NCBI GenBank assembly: GCA_965215265.1
Contig: OZ244048.1
Span: 928,001 to 992,000, forward strand
Origin: Candidatus Poribacteria bacterium
GTDB taxonomy: Bacteria; Poribacteria; WGA-4E; WGA-3G
DNA: 64,000 bases
Direction of reading: 5' to 3'
Positions 20,003 through 30,443 of the stretch are shown piece after piece; position 1 is the stretch's first letter, and every line of letters starts with the position of its first letter. The translations under genes were made by a program, and so were the position numbers. The notes below the pieces were generated by a model, which saw only the letters and a list, made by a program, of their open reading frames with translations, did not search any database and had not been told where the DNA came from.

Positions 20003-20560
20003 TTAAGAGGCTTGAACGCATTGTAGGAATTCTGCACGGGTTGAGTTGTTCTCTCTAAACGTGCCGCGCATGACACTCGTGGTCATTCTCGGTTCTTGCT
20101 TTTCAACGCCGCGTGCCATCATACACATGTGTTGTCCTTCTATGATAACTGCGACACCTTGTGGTTCGAGTGCATTCTCTAACGCCTCAGCAATCTCGCG
20201 CGTGAGCCGTTCCTGAACTTGCAAGCGTCGGGCAAACATGTTAACAATACGCGGGATCTTACTCAGGCCGATGATCCGTTTCTCCGGTATGTATCCGACG
20301 TGACACTTACCCCAAAACGGTAGGATGTGATGTTCGCACAAACTGTAAAATTCAATGTCTTTGACAATGACCATTTCATCATAGTCCTCATCAAAGACTG
20401 CTTTGTTCAAAATCTTATCAATATCTTGCTGGTAGCCGCTGGTTAAAAATTCTATTGCTTTTGCGGCACGGTGTGGTGTTTTTACCAAGCCTTGACGTCC
20501 TGGGTCTTCTCCGATATCTTCCAAGATCTGTCTAAAGTGTTCTTCTAATGATAATTTCAA
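20003..20560 (-). CDS. folE: GTP cyclohydrolase I
   Basis: [23 protein letters not shown] and HMCMMARG motifs. Confidence 0.95.
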   Translation of the reverse strand: MKLSLEEHFRQILEDIGEDPGRQGLVKTPHRAAKAIEFLTSGYQQDIDKILNKAVFDEDYDEMVIVKDIEFYSLCEHHILPFWGKCHVGYIPEKRIIGLSKIPRIVNMFARRLQVQERLTREIAEALENALEPQGVAVIIEGQHMCMMARGVEKQEPRMTTSVMRGTFRENNSTRAEFLQCVQAS

Positions 20561-20565
20561 AAAAA

Positions 20566-21390
20566 CTACTCCCCATAGTAATCAAAATAGTTCTTTGGAG
20601 TTTCGCGTAATCGCAGACGGTGTAAAGTAACGGGTGCGACATTGGGCTGGAGTATATCCCAAAGGACCTTGACGAAGTTTTCCGAGGTCGGATTGAGAGT
20701 TTTAAACTCAGGTGTATCTAGATTGAGGTGTCTATAATCGAAGCGCGCGTAGACATGCTTTTGAACTGTCTCGTCGAGTAGGTTCAGACGTGCAACGAGC
20801 CCGGTTTTCGCGTCTACCGTGCCTTTCACGGTGACCTCAAGCACATAATTATGTCCGTGGCCTGCTGCATTGTTACACTTGCCGAAGATGTTGCGGTTCT
20901 CCGCGTCACTGAGGGCATGACTGTGCAGTCGATGCGCTGCACTAAATTCATAGACTTTGGTTAAGTAAACCATCTGTCGTTCTCCATAATAGTCAACAAA
21001 TTGGGTTGAATTCTGATATAGGCGTGCCCGATGGAGGAGCCCTTGTGGCAATACAGCAGCGAGCCGGTTCCAAATTTCAACAGCAATGTTTTCATTTGTG
21101 GGTTGGAGGTAGGGATTTTTGGAGAAAACAGGGTGCTGGTGGTTTAAGTGCTTATGATCATAGTTGGCAAGTACTTCTGTCTTCAAGACGGCATCCAAGG
21201 TCGTCAAATTGATAACCATTCCGTCTTCGCCAAGGTTACCGGTGAGCATCACTTCAAGCACATAATTATGCCCGTGGCTATTCGGATTGGCAGCGGGCCC
21301 ATAGCATTCAAAATTCTCAGCATCACTCAGTCCAGGGATGCGATGGTAATGTGATGCTTCAAAAGCAGTTTGCCGGGTTATGTAGTACAT
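20566..21390 (-). CDS. Tandem two-domain 6-pyruvoyl-tetrahydropterin synthase
   Basis: Two PTPS domains, each with HGHNY and T.EN; the second has CNNAAGHGH (Cx5HGH). Confidence 0.88.
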   Translation of the reverse strand: MYYITRQTAFEASHYHRIPGLSDAENFECYGPAANPNSHGHNYVLEVMLTGNLGEDGMVINLTTLDAVLKTEVLANYDHKHLNHQHPVFSKNPYLQPTNENIAVEIWNRLAAVLPQGLLHRARLYQNSTQFVDYYGERQMVYLTKVYEFSAAHRLHSHALSDAENRNIFGKCNNAAGHGHNYVLEVTVKGTVDAKTGLVARLNLLDETVQKHVYARFDYRHLNLDTPEFKTLNPTSENFVKVLWDILQPNVAPVTLHRLRLRETPKNYFDYYGE

Positions 21391-21419
21391 CGGTTTCCAC
21401 TGGATTCCTACGGTGGCTG

Positions 21420-21704
21420 TTAGCGCGCCGGGGTTACCATTTTATCACCGCTGGATTCATATTGAACCGCCATGAGCCATTCGCCGGTGCCGCGGAGTTG
21501 GACGTTGCATGCTTGCAACCAGGCTGCCAAGGTAGAACGATCGCGAGCTTCCCATTCGCAGAGCATCCTACCGGAGAGGGTATCGCACAAAACGCGAATG
21601 TTTCTGACATCGGCGGTTTCCGATTCGCGGAACCGCTTGAGCAGCCGTTCAACATCTTGGCGTGTCATGCAGGCGATCGCATGGGTCGTGACAAATTTAG
21701 GCAT
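21420..21704 (-). CDS. Small hypothetical protein (DUF4242-like)
   Basis: MPKFVTTH...GRMLCEWEARD pattern; co-oriented with neighbours. Confidence 0.55.
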   Translation of the reverse strand: MPKFVTTHAIACMTRQDVERLLKRFRESETADVRNIRVLCDTLSGRMLCEWEARDRSTLAAWLQACNVQLRGTGEWLMAVQYESSGDKMVTPAR

Positions 21705-21825
21705 AATTTTTTATGCACGCTGGTGCCCGGGGATTTGGAGCAGGTCGTGCCTCGTTTTTCTATAACCTACGGCATATCTCCCTTATCTCAAAGCAGAATA
21801 GATATACACTTAGAGGACTACGTGC

Positions 21826-22677
21826 TTATACGTCGCGAGCAATAGGTGCACCGACGAGATTTCCCCATTCTGTCCAGCTGCCGTCGTAATTTCGGACTTT
21901 ATCATATCCGAGTAGGTACTTCAGCGCAAACCAGGTATGGGATGAGCGTTCGCCGATCCGGCAATAAGCGATGGTTTCCTTGCTCGGATCAACACCTGCG
22001 CCACCGTAAATGGCTTCCAATTCGTCCCGAGATTTAAAGGTACCGTCTTCAGCAACAGCAGTCGCCCAAGGGATATTGGCTGCCCCGGGGATATGGCCGG
22101 CACGTTGTGCAGTTTCCGGGAGATCGGGTGGTGCGATGATTTCACCGGTAAATTCAGCGGGCGATCTGACATCAACGAGGTTAATGATGCCTTGCTCCAA
22201 CGTCGGTAAGATGTGTTCTTTCGTAGCCCGTACGTTGTCATCGGGAAACTTCGCTTGATATCCGGTCTTGGCGTAAGACGGGACGGCCGTAACGAGCTCA
22301 CGTCCCTCATCGATCCATTTTTGGCGGCCACCGTTCATCACTTTCAACCGGCTTTCATCGTGCCCGTAGTAACGGAATTGCCACAAGGCGTATGTAGCAA
22401 ACCAATTGTTATTGTCGCCATAAAAGATGATGGTGGTATCATTAGCGATGCCACTGTCGTTGCAGAGCGCCTCAAACTGTTCTTTTGTCAGAATATCGCG
22501 CCGGACCTGGTCGCAGAGTTGTGTCTGCCAATTGAGTCCGACCGCGCCTGCGATGTGTCCGTCGGCATAAGCGGTTGTATCAACATCAACTTCAAGCAGT
22601 CTAATTCCAGCGTCTTTCCCGTGTTGCGCTACCCACTCTGTGCTAACTAAGACATCAGGATTTGCATAATTAGCCAT
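21826..22677 (-). CDS. Sulfurtransferase (tandem rhodanese, SseA/CysA-like)
   Basis: GHIAGA, DVRSP.EF.G, YCRIGERS and YDGSWTEWG motifs; SD AAGGAG before ATG 22677. Confidence 0.92.
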   Translation of the reverse strand: MANYANPDVLVSTEWVAQHGKDAGIRLLEVDVDTTAYADGHIAGAVGLNWQTQLCDQVRRDILTKEQFEALCNDSGIANDTTIIFYGDNNNWFATYALWQFRYYGHDESRLKVMNGGRQKWIDEGRELVTAVPSYAKTGYQAKFPDDNVRATKEHILPTLEQGIINLVDVRSPAEFTGEIIAPPDLPETAQRAGHIPGAANIPWATAVAEDGTFKSRDELEAIYGGAGVDPSKETIAYCRIGERSSHTWFALKYLLGYDKVRNYDGSWTEWGNLVGAPIARDV

Positions 22678-22725
22678 TTCTTTTTTTATCTCCTTGTCTT
22701 TGATTTTTCTTATCAGGCTGTTTAT

Positions 22726-22754
22726 ATTATACCGTTCAGAATGCAATTTGTCAA
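22726..22754 (-). promoter_or_regulatory. Consensus sigma70 promoter for the sulfurtransferase
   Basis: TTGACA-17bp-TATAAT. Confidence 0.7.
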
Positions 22755-22840
22755 ATTTTTAACTTTATAGTAGATTTTACAATCGCGAATGTCTCGATGT
22801 CACAATGTCTCAATGTGTACTGATTTTGATAAGCCGTGCT

Positions 22841-22884
22841 AATAAAGAAAGCCGCCGGGGCATCAGATAACGCCGGCGGCTTTG
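22841..22884 (-). terminator. Rho-independent terminator after the DUF4159 gene
   Basis: AAAGCCGCCGG / CCGGCGGCTTT stem followed by CTTTATT on the minus strand. Confidence 0.7.
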
Positions 22885-22901
22885 CAGTGTGACACTACCG
22901 A

Positions 22902-24485
22902 TTATAATCGAGTCTTAGGGACGCGTTTCGGTGGCGTTGCTGTGTTGCCAATAGAGGCAGTTTCCGGAATATAGTTGCTGTAATCAGAAATACTCCCGTG
23001 TGTCACTGCATAAATGACAATGTTGATAAGCTGCCGGGAGGCAGCGGGTGCAAATTCGTCCAATATCTTGTTCCTGTCCTGATAGTGACCAAAAAACGGT
23101 TTCTGCACTGCGCCGTCCATCACGTGTATCATCGCCTCTGTGTCTACGAGTACCGCCAATCTACCATCAATCAAAACGCCCTGCAATTGGCTATACGGTC
23201 CGTGGTGAAGGATAGTGTTTCCAATTTTTCGGACAGGAAACCGTAGAGGGCCGTTCAATTCATAGAAACTGTTATAGATGTCGTGATCTTGGGGTATGAC
23301 AGTGAGGTGGTACTCAGGCAGAATTTGCCGTAGGATTCGCCGTGCCGGTCGCATGGCCTCTTCGGTGTTCCCGTGTGTTGGCATATAGATAAACCCGCCA
23401 CGGTTGATAACATATTCACGAATGCGCTGCGCCTCCCGGGTAGTATAGCCTTTGGATGGGCGAGAACCTTGTGTCTGCCAGATCGGGTTTTTGAGGCTGA
23501 GCGTGCTGTTCTGGGAATTCATAATCGAGCCGGAGATCGGTTCCATGAAGATAATGGGTGATTCAAAAAACGCTGCGTCAGTGATTTGGACAGCATCAAC
23601 CAGCTGCGTTTGGACACCGGTATGTTCATTGAGTGAGTTGACTAAATAGGGCAGACCTGCCCCAAATCGGAGATGTCCGATGCCGCTGCCTCATATATCG
23701 AGGTCCGGATGGAGCGGGTCGTCCAGCCGGACGAGGTTCAACCGGCCGAGTATGTCCTTACCGCGGCCTTGAATGATGGCCCCGGGAGTCCCCTTCGGCA
23801 ATGACTGTACACCGTTTCCGAGCACAATGTTTTCCGTTACGTCTGACAGGGCTGCTCCGATGTTCGCAACGCCTGCGCCTTCAACCAGTGAGTTTAACCC
23901 CCTCTGATTTTTGGTATAGCCTTGGCTGACACCGCCTGCTGCGCCGAAAGCCCCGCGTCCTGTTCCCGTGCCGCTCCCTTCGGCTCTACTAGTACCAAGC
24001 CCCGCGTTTAAAGTGCTTGCTGTTCCCAAACCTGCAGGAGCAAGCGTGTCCGATGCAACCCGCAGGTCGGCGGCTGTAGAAAGCGGTTGTGAATCCTGAG
24101 TTTTGAGAGACGCTGCACCGGGAACGTTCACCGCCCGCCGTTTCGGGGCAGTTGTACCGGCTGCCATCGCCGGAGCCGCTGGCACCGCACTCAGTGAGGA
24201 TTTTGCCGGGCGGGCGACAACCGAACGCCGGGATGCCGCCTCAACTTGCTGCGTCACCGGCACCTCCAAATTCGGTGTCGGTGCAACAAATGGCTCCGGG
24301 ACCATCATCACCCGTGGCTTCGCTTGCGGCGGCGTGACCTTGAAAAAACTGACATCAATAGCATCCTGCTGCGTTTGATACTTGACAGAGATTGCCATAT
24401 ACGCTACGAGGACAGCCACGCATATATGGACGACAAGCGAAACCGTCCAGGCGAGATGTATACGATCTGTACTACGCGATTTCAT
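22902..24485 (-). CDS. Membrane-anchored DUF4159-domain protein with in-frame TGA at codon 265 (candidate selenoprotein)
   Basis: ORFs 23691-24485 and 22902-23546 are in the same frame, and the 48 codons between them are open and DUF4159-like (LVNSLNEHTGV...ITDAAFFESPIIFM); N-terminal TM helix plus Ala/Gly/Pro linker; IREYVINRGGF and HDIYNSFY motifs. Confidence 0.7.
23646..23693 (-). promoter_or_regulatory. Putative bacterial SECIS element
   Basis: UGA-GGCAGCGGC-[AUCGGA CAUC UCCGAU]-UU-GGGGCAGGUCUGCCC. Confidence 0.55.
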
Positions 24486-24621
24486 AATATTCCCTCCGTT
24501 GTCTGGCTCCTTTGAGAGATATGGCCCACCGGCATATAAAACTGTCTATTTCCATCTCACCGGCGGCCACTGATTGCCTAACGTGAGTTGAGAAAAGATG
24601 CGCGAAATTTACGTACCTATT

Positions 24622-24716
24622 ATTCTAACGATTTTTCAAGTTTTTGTCAACACTTTTATTTTCAAGAACACCGCTGCACGATTAAGTTTGACACGTTGGT
24701 AATATTGCGTTATACT
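24622..24716. promoter_or_regulatory. Divergent sigma70 promoters for the DUF4159 gene and livG
   Basis: Minus strand TTGACA-17-TAGAAT (24650-24622); plus strand TTGACA-17-TATACT (24688-24716). Confidence 0.65.
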
Positions 24717-24746
24717 ATATTTGAAATCACGATTTGGGAGTTGAAG

Positions 24747-25526
24747 ATGGAGGAAAATACTGAACACCTCCTAACGACGCATGGGTTAACACGCCATTAT
24801 GGCGGTGTCATCGCGTTATCCGATGTTACACTGGCCGTACACCCATCGCAAATTTTTAGCCTCATCGGTCCAAATGGTGCAGGAAAAACAACCTTGTTTA
24901 ACTGCGTCACTGGGCTGGATAAACCGACAAACGGAACGGTTACTTTTTCTGGCAAGCAGCTTACCGGGCTCCGTCCGGACCAGATTACGAAACTGGGCAT
25001 CGCAAGAACCTTTCAGAATATCCGGCTCTTCTCGGCTTTAACGGTGCTTGATAATGTCAAAATTGGGCGCCATCCGCGCACCTCAAGTACCTTAATCGGT
25101 ACAGTCTTGCGTACACCACGTCAGAAGCACGAAGAGACGCATATTACGGAGCGTGCAGCAGAGATGTTAAAATTTGTCGGATTGGATGATGTCATGGAGC
25201 AACTCGCACGGAATCTGTCGTACGGCGACCAGCGGCGCATTGAGATTGCACGCGCATTAGCCACGGAACCGATGCTCCTTTTGTTGGACGAACCTGCCGC
25301 CGGCATGAACCCACAAGAGACACAGGAACTTATTGAACTCATCTATACCATCCGGGAACAAAACGTTGCAGTCCTGCTCATCGAACATGATATGAAGGTC
25401 GTGATGCAGATTTCGGATTGGGTCACGGTTTTGGACCACGGCGAAAAAATCAGCGCCGGAAAACCAGCCGATGTGCAAAACGATGAACGGGTGATCGAAG
25501 CGTATTTAGGAGCTACCGAGTCGTAA
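24747..25526 (+). CDS. livG: Branched-chain amino acid ABC transporter ATP-binding protein
   Basis: GPNGAGKTT, RTFQNIRLF, LSYGDQRR, DEPAAG and EAYLG motifs. Confidence 0.9.
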   Translation: MEENTEHLLTTHGLTRHYGGVIALSDVTLAVHPSQIFSLIGPNGAGKTTLFNCVTGLDKPTNGTVTFSGKQLTGLRPDQITKLGIARTFQNIRLFSALTVLDNVKIGRHPRTSSTLIGTVLRTPRQKHEETHITERAAEMLKFVGLDDVMEQLARNLSYGDQRRIEIARALATEPMLLLLDEPAAGMNPQETQELIELIYTIREQNVAVLLIEHDMKVVMQISDWVTVLDHGEKISAGKPADVQNDERVIEAYLGATES

Positions 25527-25581
25527 GTGAAGGGCGTTTTTCATTTTTCTATAACCGTCTGCATGAACTATAAAGAACACT

Positions 25582-26286
25582 ATGCTTGAACTCAGAAACA
25601 TTCATACCTACTACGGCAACATCCGGGCGGTGCGTGGAATTTCGCTTGCAGTGAATGCAGGCGAAATGGTCTGTCTCATCGGCGCGAACGGGGCAGGAAA
25701 ATCTACCACGTTGATGACTCTCTCCGGTATTCATAAACCGGTTGAAGGCAGTATCTGCTTTGAAGGTGAAGATATTGTTCAGAATTTGCCGGAGGAGCGC
25801 GTCCGTCTCGGCATTTCGCAGGTGCCGGAGGGCAGACTCATCTTCCCTGAGATGAGCGTACTTGAGAACCTGGAGCTCGGCGCGTATATCAGAAACGATA
25901 GGGCGCAGGTCCGCTCCGATTTAGATAAGATCTTCGAATTTTTCCCTGTGCTTTCGGAGCGGCAAAAACAGCACGGCGGGAGCCTCAGTGGCGGCGAGCA
26001 ACAGATGTTAGCCATCGGACGGGCCTTGATGTCAAAACCGAGACTGCTGCTGCTCGATGAACCCTCTTTAGGGCTTGCGCCACTGATAGTCAAGCAGATT
26101 TTTGAAATTATTCAGCAAATTAATGCCGAAGGCACCACGATTCTACTGGTTGAACAGAACGCACAGATAGCACTCAGTATCACGCACCGCGGCTACGTCA
26201 TGGAGACAGGGGAAATCCATATCGAAGGTCCGTCTATCGAGTTGTTAGCGGATGAACGGGTGCGGCAAGCTTATTTAGGAGAATAA
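25582..26286 (+). CDS. livF: Branched-chain amino acid ABC transporter ATP-binding protein
   Basis: GANGAGKST, VPEGR, LSGGEQQM, DEPSLGLAP and VEQN motifs. Confidence 0.92.
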   Translation: MLELRNIHTYYGNIRAVRGISLAVNAGEMVCLIGANGAGKSTTLMTLSGIHKPVEGSICFEGEDIVQNLPEERVRLGISQVPEGRLIFPEMSVLENLELGAYIRNDRAQVRSDLDKIFEFFPVLSERQKQHGGSLSGGEQQMLAIGRALMSKPRLLLLDEPSLGLAPLIVKQIFEIIQQINAEGTTILLVEQNAQIALSITHRGYVMETGEIHIEGPSIELLADERVRQAYLGE

Positions 26287-26289
26287 AAA

Positions 26290-27114
26290 ATGTACCCAAC
26301 GTTGATTGACTTCGGCACTTTCGGTATCCATAGTTACGGACTTATGTTAGCAACAGCGTTTATTGTGGTGACGCTAATGTTGCAGGCGGAATTCAAACGG
26401 CGCGGTTTTGTAGCGGAGGTGGCCTCGACTATCGTGATAGCGGGGGCCCTCGGCGGCATTATCGGCGCTAAACTCTATTCCGTTTTCCTAGACGGACAGT
26501 TTAATTTTCGTGAGCTCTTCTCAGCAAGCGGGTTAGTCTGGTACGGTGGACTGATTGGCGGAAGTGCCGCAGTCGCTTGGGCGATTCACCGTTCACCCAA
26601 TCCGTTCCTCCCAACGGTTGACGTGATTGGACCGCTGCTCCTCTTGGGCTACGGTATTGGACGCATCGGGTGTTTACTCGCAGGAGACGGTGACTACGGC
26701 CCGCCTTCAGACCTGCCGTGGGCGATGGCGTTCCCCAACGGCACGGTGCCAACAGATGTCCCTGTTCACCCCACACCTATTTATGAAACCACGATGTCCT
26801 TCATTGCATTCGGCACCCTTTGGAGTCAACGGCACCGCTTTGTGGAGACACCGGGGATAATGTTCGGCGCGAGTCTCGTGCTGATGGGCGTAGAACGGTT
26901 CATAGCCGAAATATGGCGGATTAATCCGAAGGTGTTAGCGTGGATGTCCGCAGCACAAGTGCTTAGCATCGCATTGTTCGTTTTTGGCATACTCTTTATT
27001 TTTTGGATGCGGCACCGGCCCTCAGTTACGTCTGCCACTGAAGCCGACCCACCCGTTAGCGAACAGACTGAACGAAATTCAAAACCTTCCCGAAGACGTA
27101 AAAAGCGGAGATGA
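26290..27114 (+). CDS. lgt: Prolipoprotein diacylglyceryl transferase
   Basis: YGLM, GLVWYGG, GRIGC..GD.DYG and HPTPIYE motifs. Confidence 0.9.
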   Translation: MYPTLIDFGTFGIHSYGLMLATAFIVVTLMLQAEFKRRGFVAEVASTIVIAGALGGIIGAKLYSVFLDGQFNFRELFSASGLVWYGGLIGGSAAVAWAIHRSPNPFLPTVDVIGPLLLLGYGIGRIGCLLAGDGDYGPPSDLPWAMAFPNGTVPTDVPVHPTPIYETTMSFIAFGTLWSQRHRFVETPGIMFGASLVLMGVERFIAEIWRINPKVLAWMSAAQVLSIALFVFGILFIFWMRHRPSVTSATEADPPVSEQTERNSKPSRRRKKRR

Positions 27115-27241
27115 GTTTGTCTGAATCAGGATGGACAGAGCAATCGCAGCAGCCTAGAATGCGTGTCACTCTGATTCTGCACTGACAAGGGAGAATAGCG
27201 GGGGTGAGGTAATAGACGCGGCATGGAACGCCTTGTGCGCT

Positions 27242-27610
27242 TTAATCCAACTTATTCCGATTCGTCTTCGGTTGCCACGCACGGATTAACGTTGTCTCCA
27301 ATAACAGCGTCTCTGCTGCGTCCTCTGTGAATTCTACTGAAAAATGGATAATTCCGCTAAATAGGCGGAGCTGATCTTCGAGCTTCGGGTTCGTCCCACG
27401 TGCATAATGCTGTAATAGACGACGACGGATACACGTCGTGGATTCCCCAACGTAGAGACAATCGTGTTTCCCTTCGGTGCCGGTTCTTCGCCATAAAACA
27501 TACACACCACTCCGTTCTTTCGGCAATCGCAGAATTTCTTGACGCGTAAAGGGGCGCAGGTTACGCTTTAACTGATACTGCGAAACATACGGGTTGACAG
27601 TGTCACGCAT
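27242..27610 (-). CDS. Stand-alone GIY-YIG nuclease
   Basis: GVYVLW...LYVGES...RRRLLQH...LLLE...P..N catalytic pattern. Confidence 0.75.
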   Translation of the reverse strand: MRDTVNPYVSQYQLKRNLRPFTRQEILRLPKERSGVYVLWRRTGTEGKHDCLYVGESTTCIRRRLLQHYARGTNPKLEDQLRLFSGIIHFSVEFTEDAAETLLLETTLIRAWQPKTNRNKLD

Positions 27611-27623
27611 AGTGAACCCCCTC

Positions 27624-30404
27624 TTAGAACAGTGTCTGCCTCCGTTGCGCTAAGCCCATCTCCTGCTCTATATCTCGCCACTCCGACACGAGCAGGTTGT
27701 AGTCTGACGCACGTTCCGCATCTCCGCACCTCTCATAGTGGGCATACAACACGCGCGCTAAACGCACCGCTGACTCGCTCTCTCGCATCCCAAGCCCTAC
27801 CCTAACGCACCCCTGAATCCCACCGCTAAACTCTATACCCGACAGATGCCAAACCATCCGCTGACACCCCTCCCACGCCGTCATCCTTTCACTGTGCTCG
27901 CGCGCTGCCAACTCTCCGCCTCGCAGCAACCGAACCTGACCTCGTTCCGCGAGCAGCACCTTGTCGTGCAGTGCGGCGATGTCCACGCCTTTCGCTTTTG
28001 ACAGTCCATCGGCATCTCCGAAAGTGCCTACCGTGTAATCGTGCTGCTGCAGCCACGTCAGACAGAACTGACTCTCCGCATCCAGTTCGCCTGTCTCTTT
28101 TTCATGATAAGCCACGATTTCGTGATTGATGTGCCGAAGTGCCTCGCGTATAGAAATGAGTTCTCCGCTGATTCGCGTCACCTGTCGATAGCGGGAGTAG
28201 ACAGCCATCCCTGGGCCGATAGCGGCTTGCGCCAAATCTACAGGTCTGATGTTTGCGGTGCGTGTGAGCCTGTCAAGCGCAGGTGGCATTGCGGCTTTGA
28301 GTTCTTTCAAGAAGGCGTTACGGATGATGAGAGGTGCATCTTCCGGGCGTGGGCGGCACACCAGCAGAATAGAGGAGGCGAGCGCATTTACCTGCGTCTT
28401 GAGTCCCGTCGGACGTTCGGTGCGTATGGGCCAAGTCGCCACGATTTGAAAGCCTGCGTTGACGAGCGCAGCGAGCATCGTCTCCCAACCGGTGGAGGCG
28501 TTATCCTCGCGTTTCGCGGCCTGCTGTTTGTAGGCGTAGAAGATGAGGGTAGGAAACCTGTCAGAGCAGTCCTGCCGCAGCCGCAGCAAAACTTTGCTGA
28601 GCAGTTCTTCAAACCGCTCTCGCGCCCCCTCAAACCTGGGCGCAGCAATAATCTCTTCACTCTTCGGTGTCATCATTCCGCCGAACAACTCTGGATAAGT
28701 GTCGCGAAGCAACGGGCGCAGCCAGACGTAGAAAAAGTCTGACAAATCGGCGTAGTTAATGTTGTCGTAGTAGGGCGGATCTGTGACGATAACAGGTCTC
28801 TCCTTAGCATGCGGTGTGTTGGTAGCGTCTGCCTGATACACGGCGCCGCTGTTCGCGGTGGCGGGTAAATGCTCAATCACTTTTGCAATCCATTCCACCT
28901 GTGCCATCCAATTCTGTGTTGAATTTGAGAAGGGGTTGCCTTCCACGAAGTCCCACGTCATCGGAATGGCTTGGCGTGCGAAAACCGGCGGAATGTTCTC
29001 GCCTTGGTTTTCCCAAAAAGTGAAACTGCAGTGGGCTTCAGCAGTTCTCCCGATAGCGAGTGCGAGATAGGTGCAAACCGCATCGGCGTAGCTTTCCTCC
29101 GCGCCGTCTTGTAGGATACGATGGCGGACTTCTGGCAACAGGTCGCTGAAAGTGGTTAGTGCCGTGAGTTGGCGTTCAGTGAAGAGTTCATGCCAATGTG
29201 TCATGCCGTAACCTAGACTGCTAACCTTTGGCGTATTCATTATGGCTTGCCTTGGCCGCCATTTTGGAATAGCAGCCATTGCCGCTTGCACGTGTTCGTC
29301 AGTGGGTGACAGGAACAACTTTTTGCGTTGAGTAGGTGGACTCTCGGCCACTATCGCCGTCATCATCTCCCCCATCTTCCCGCGTTTCGCTTGTTCGCGA
29401 AGATAAGCCAATTTAACTGCCGTGCCGCACGCGCAGCAGTGCGCGCCCGTACGCCTCACCGTCGGCATCGGCACACCCGTCTTTGAAGATTGCACCACCC
29501 ACGATAGCGTGTTGGTGTCTCTGTCCACTACAGGCCTTGTCCAATATTCATTGCCACGCCTCTTTGACAACTGAAAGCTTTTCATCAGCGGCTTCTGAAG
29601 CCCGCAGGCAGGGTTGCTGCACGGCACCGTGCGCGCCCAGAGCCACGCCACAACGGTGGCAGCCGTGCCGTCTCGCAACCGCACTGGCGGATAGAGGTGC
29701 CCGATGCGTTGGGATGCTTGTTCGCGCAGCCACTGGCCGTAGTGGCGGATGTCGGCAGCCAAGCCCGCAGTGCCACGCCAGCGCTGCTCTGTGACGATGC
29801 TGTTGGCTGAATCCGCTTTGAGATAGAGCGGTGGATGGTTATGAAATCTCGGCGGCAATTCAATCATCGCCTTCGTGAGCAGCACAGGGAGTGGATTTAG
29901 ATCCGAGCCGCGGGCATGCACGCCCAATCGTTGTGCTTCAAGGGGGATGGAGCCCCCGCCACAGAACGCATCGTAGACAGCAGGACCGTGTTCTCGCAGA
30001 TAGTTTAGCACCGCCCCCGGTTCCTTCTCAAACCGCTGCCGAAAAGCCGTCAACTCTTCGCCGTTGTTGCGTGCCACAGACAAAGCAATCTCGTAGCGTG
30101 CCTCGGCTAACAAGTTGTCATCGGTGCTATTTTTCCAAACCACAAGCCGGCTAAGCAGGCGATGGAGCCTCTCGCGTTCGGCGTTCTGCGCCGCTTCGGT
30201 TGGGAACTCGGCGGGGCAGTCGCCCGGATCATCTACAAGGCAGGCGAAGATGACGGCGCGACAAGCGGCGAGTGGGCGGCGCGCCCAATAGCGGTGCAGC
30301 GTTGAAGGGTGTCCATGTGTCAGCGAGGCATCCTTTGCCGATTCCGCGTTGATGGCTGGCAGCGGGATATTCACCTCAATCAGTTTTTTGCGATAAACGG
30401 GCAT
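27624..30404 (-). CDS. DUF1156-domain adenine-specific DNA methyltransferase with Zn finger
   Basis: KKLIEV..PL, LHRYWARRPL, DAFCGGGSIP (SAM binding), TDPPYY and CSNPAC/CCAC motifs. Confidence 0.88.
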   Translation of the reverse strand: MPVYRKKLIEVNIPLPAINAESAKDASLTHGHPSTLHRYWARRPLAACRAVIFACLVDDPGDCPAEFPTEAAQNAERERLHRLLSRLVVWKNSTDDNLLAEARYEIALSVARNNGEELTAFRQRFEKEPGAVLNYLREHGPAVYDAFCGGGSIPLEAQRLGVHARGSDLNPLPVLLTKAMIELPPRFHNHPPLYLKADSANSIVTEQRWRGTAGLAADIRHYGQWLREQASQRIGHLYPPVRLRDGTAATVVAWLWARTVPCSNPACGLQKPLMKSFQLSKRRGNEYWTRPVVDRDTNTLSWVVQSSKTGVPMPTVRRTGAHCCACGTAVKLAYLREQAKRGKMGEMMTAIVAESPPTQRKKLFLSPTDEHVQAAMAAIPKWRPRQAIMNTPKVSSLGYGMTHWHELFTERQLTALTTFSDLLPEVRHRILQDGAEESYADAVCTYLALAIGRTAEAHCSFTFWENQGENIPPVFARQAIPMTWDFVEGNPFSNSTQNWMAQVEWIAKVIEHLPATANSGAVYQADATNTPHAKERPVIVTDPPYYDNINYADLSDFFYVWLRPLLRDTYPELFGGMMTPKSEEIIAAPRFEGARERFEELLSKVLLRLRQDCSDRFPTLIFYAYKQQAAKREDNASTGWETMLAALVNAGFQIVATWPIRTERPTGLKTQVNALASSILLVCRPRPEDAPLIIRNAFLKELKAAMPPALDRLTRTANIRPVDLAQAAIGPGMAVYSRYRQVTRISGELISIREALRHINHEIVAYHEKETGELDAESQFCLTWLQQHDYTVGTFGDADGLSKAKGVDIAALHDKVLLAERGQVRLLRGGELAAREHSERMTAWEGCQRMVWHLSGIEFSGGIQGCVRVGLGMRESESAVRLARVLYAHYERCGDAERASDYNLLVSEWRDIEQEMGLAQRRQTLF

Positions 30405-30443
30405 AATGATGCCTTAGTCCCTCTCTCGACAGGGCTAGCGTTC

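Noticed and set aside
23691-23693. Genome-wide TGA reassignment
   Set aside because: TGA terminates full-length conserved genes such as leuS, aapQ and lgt.
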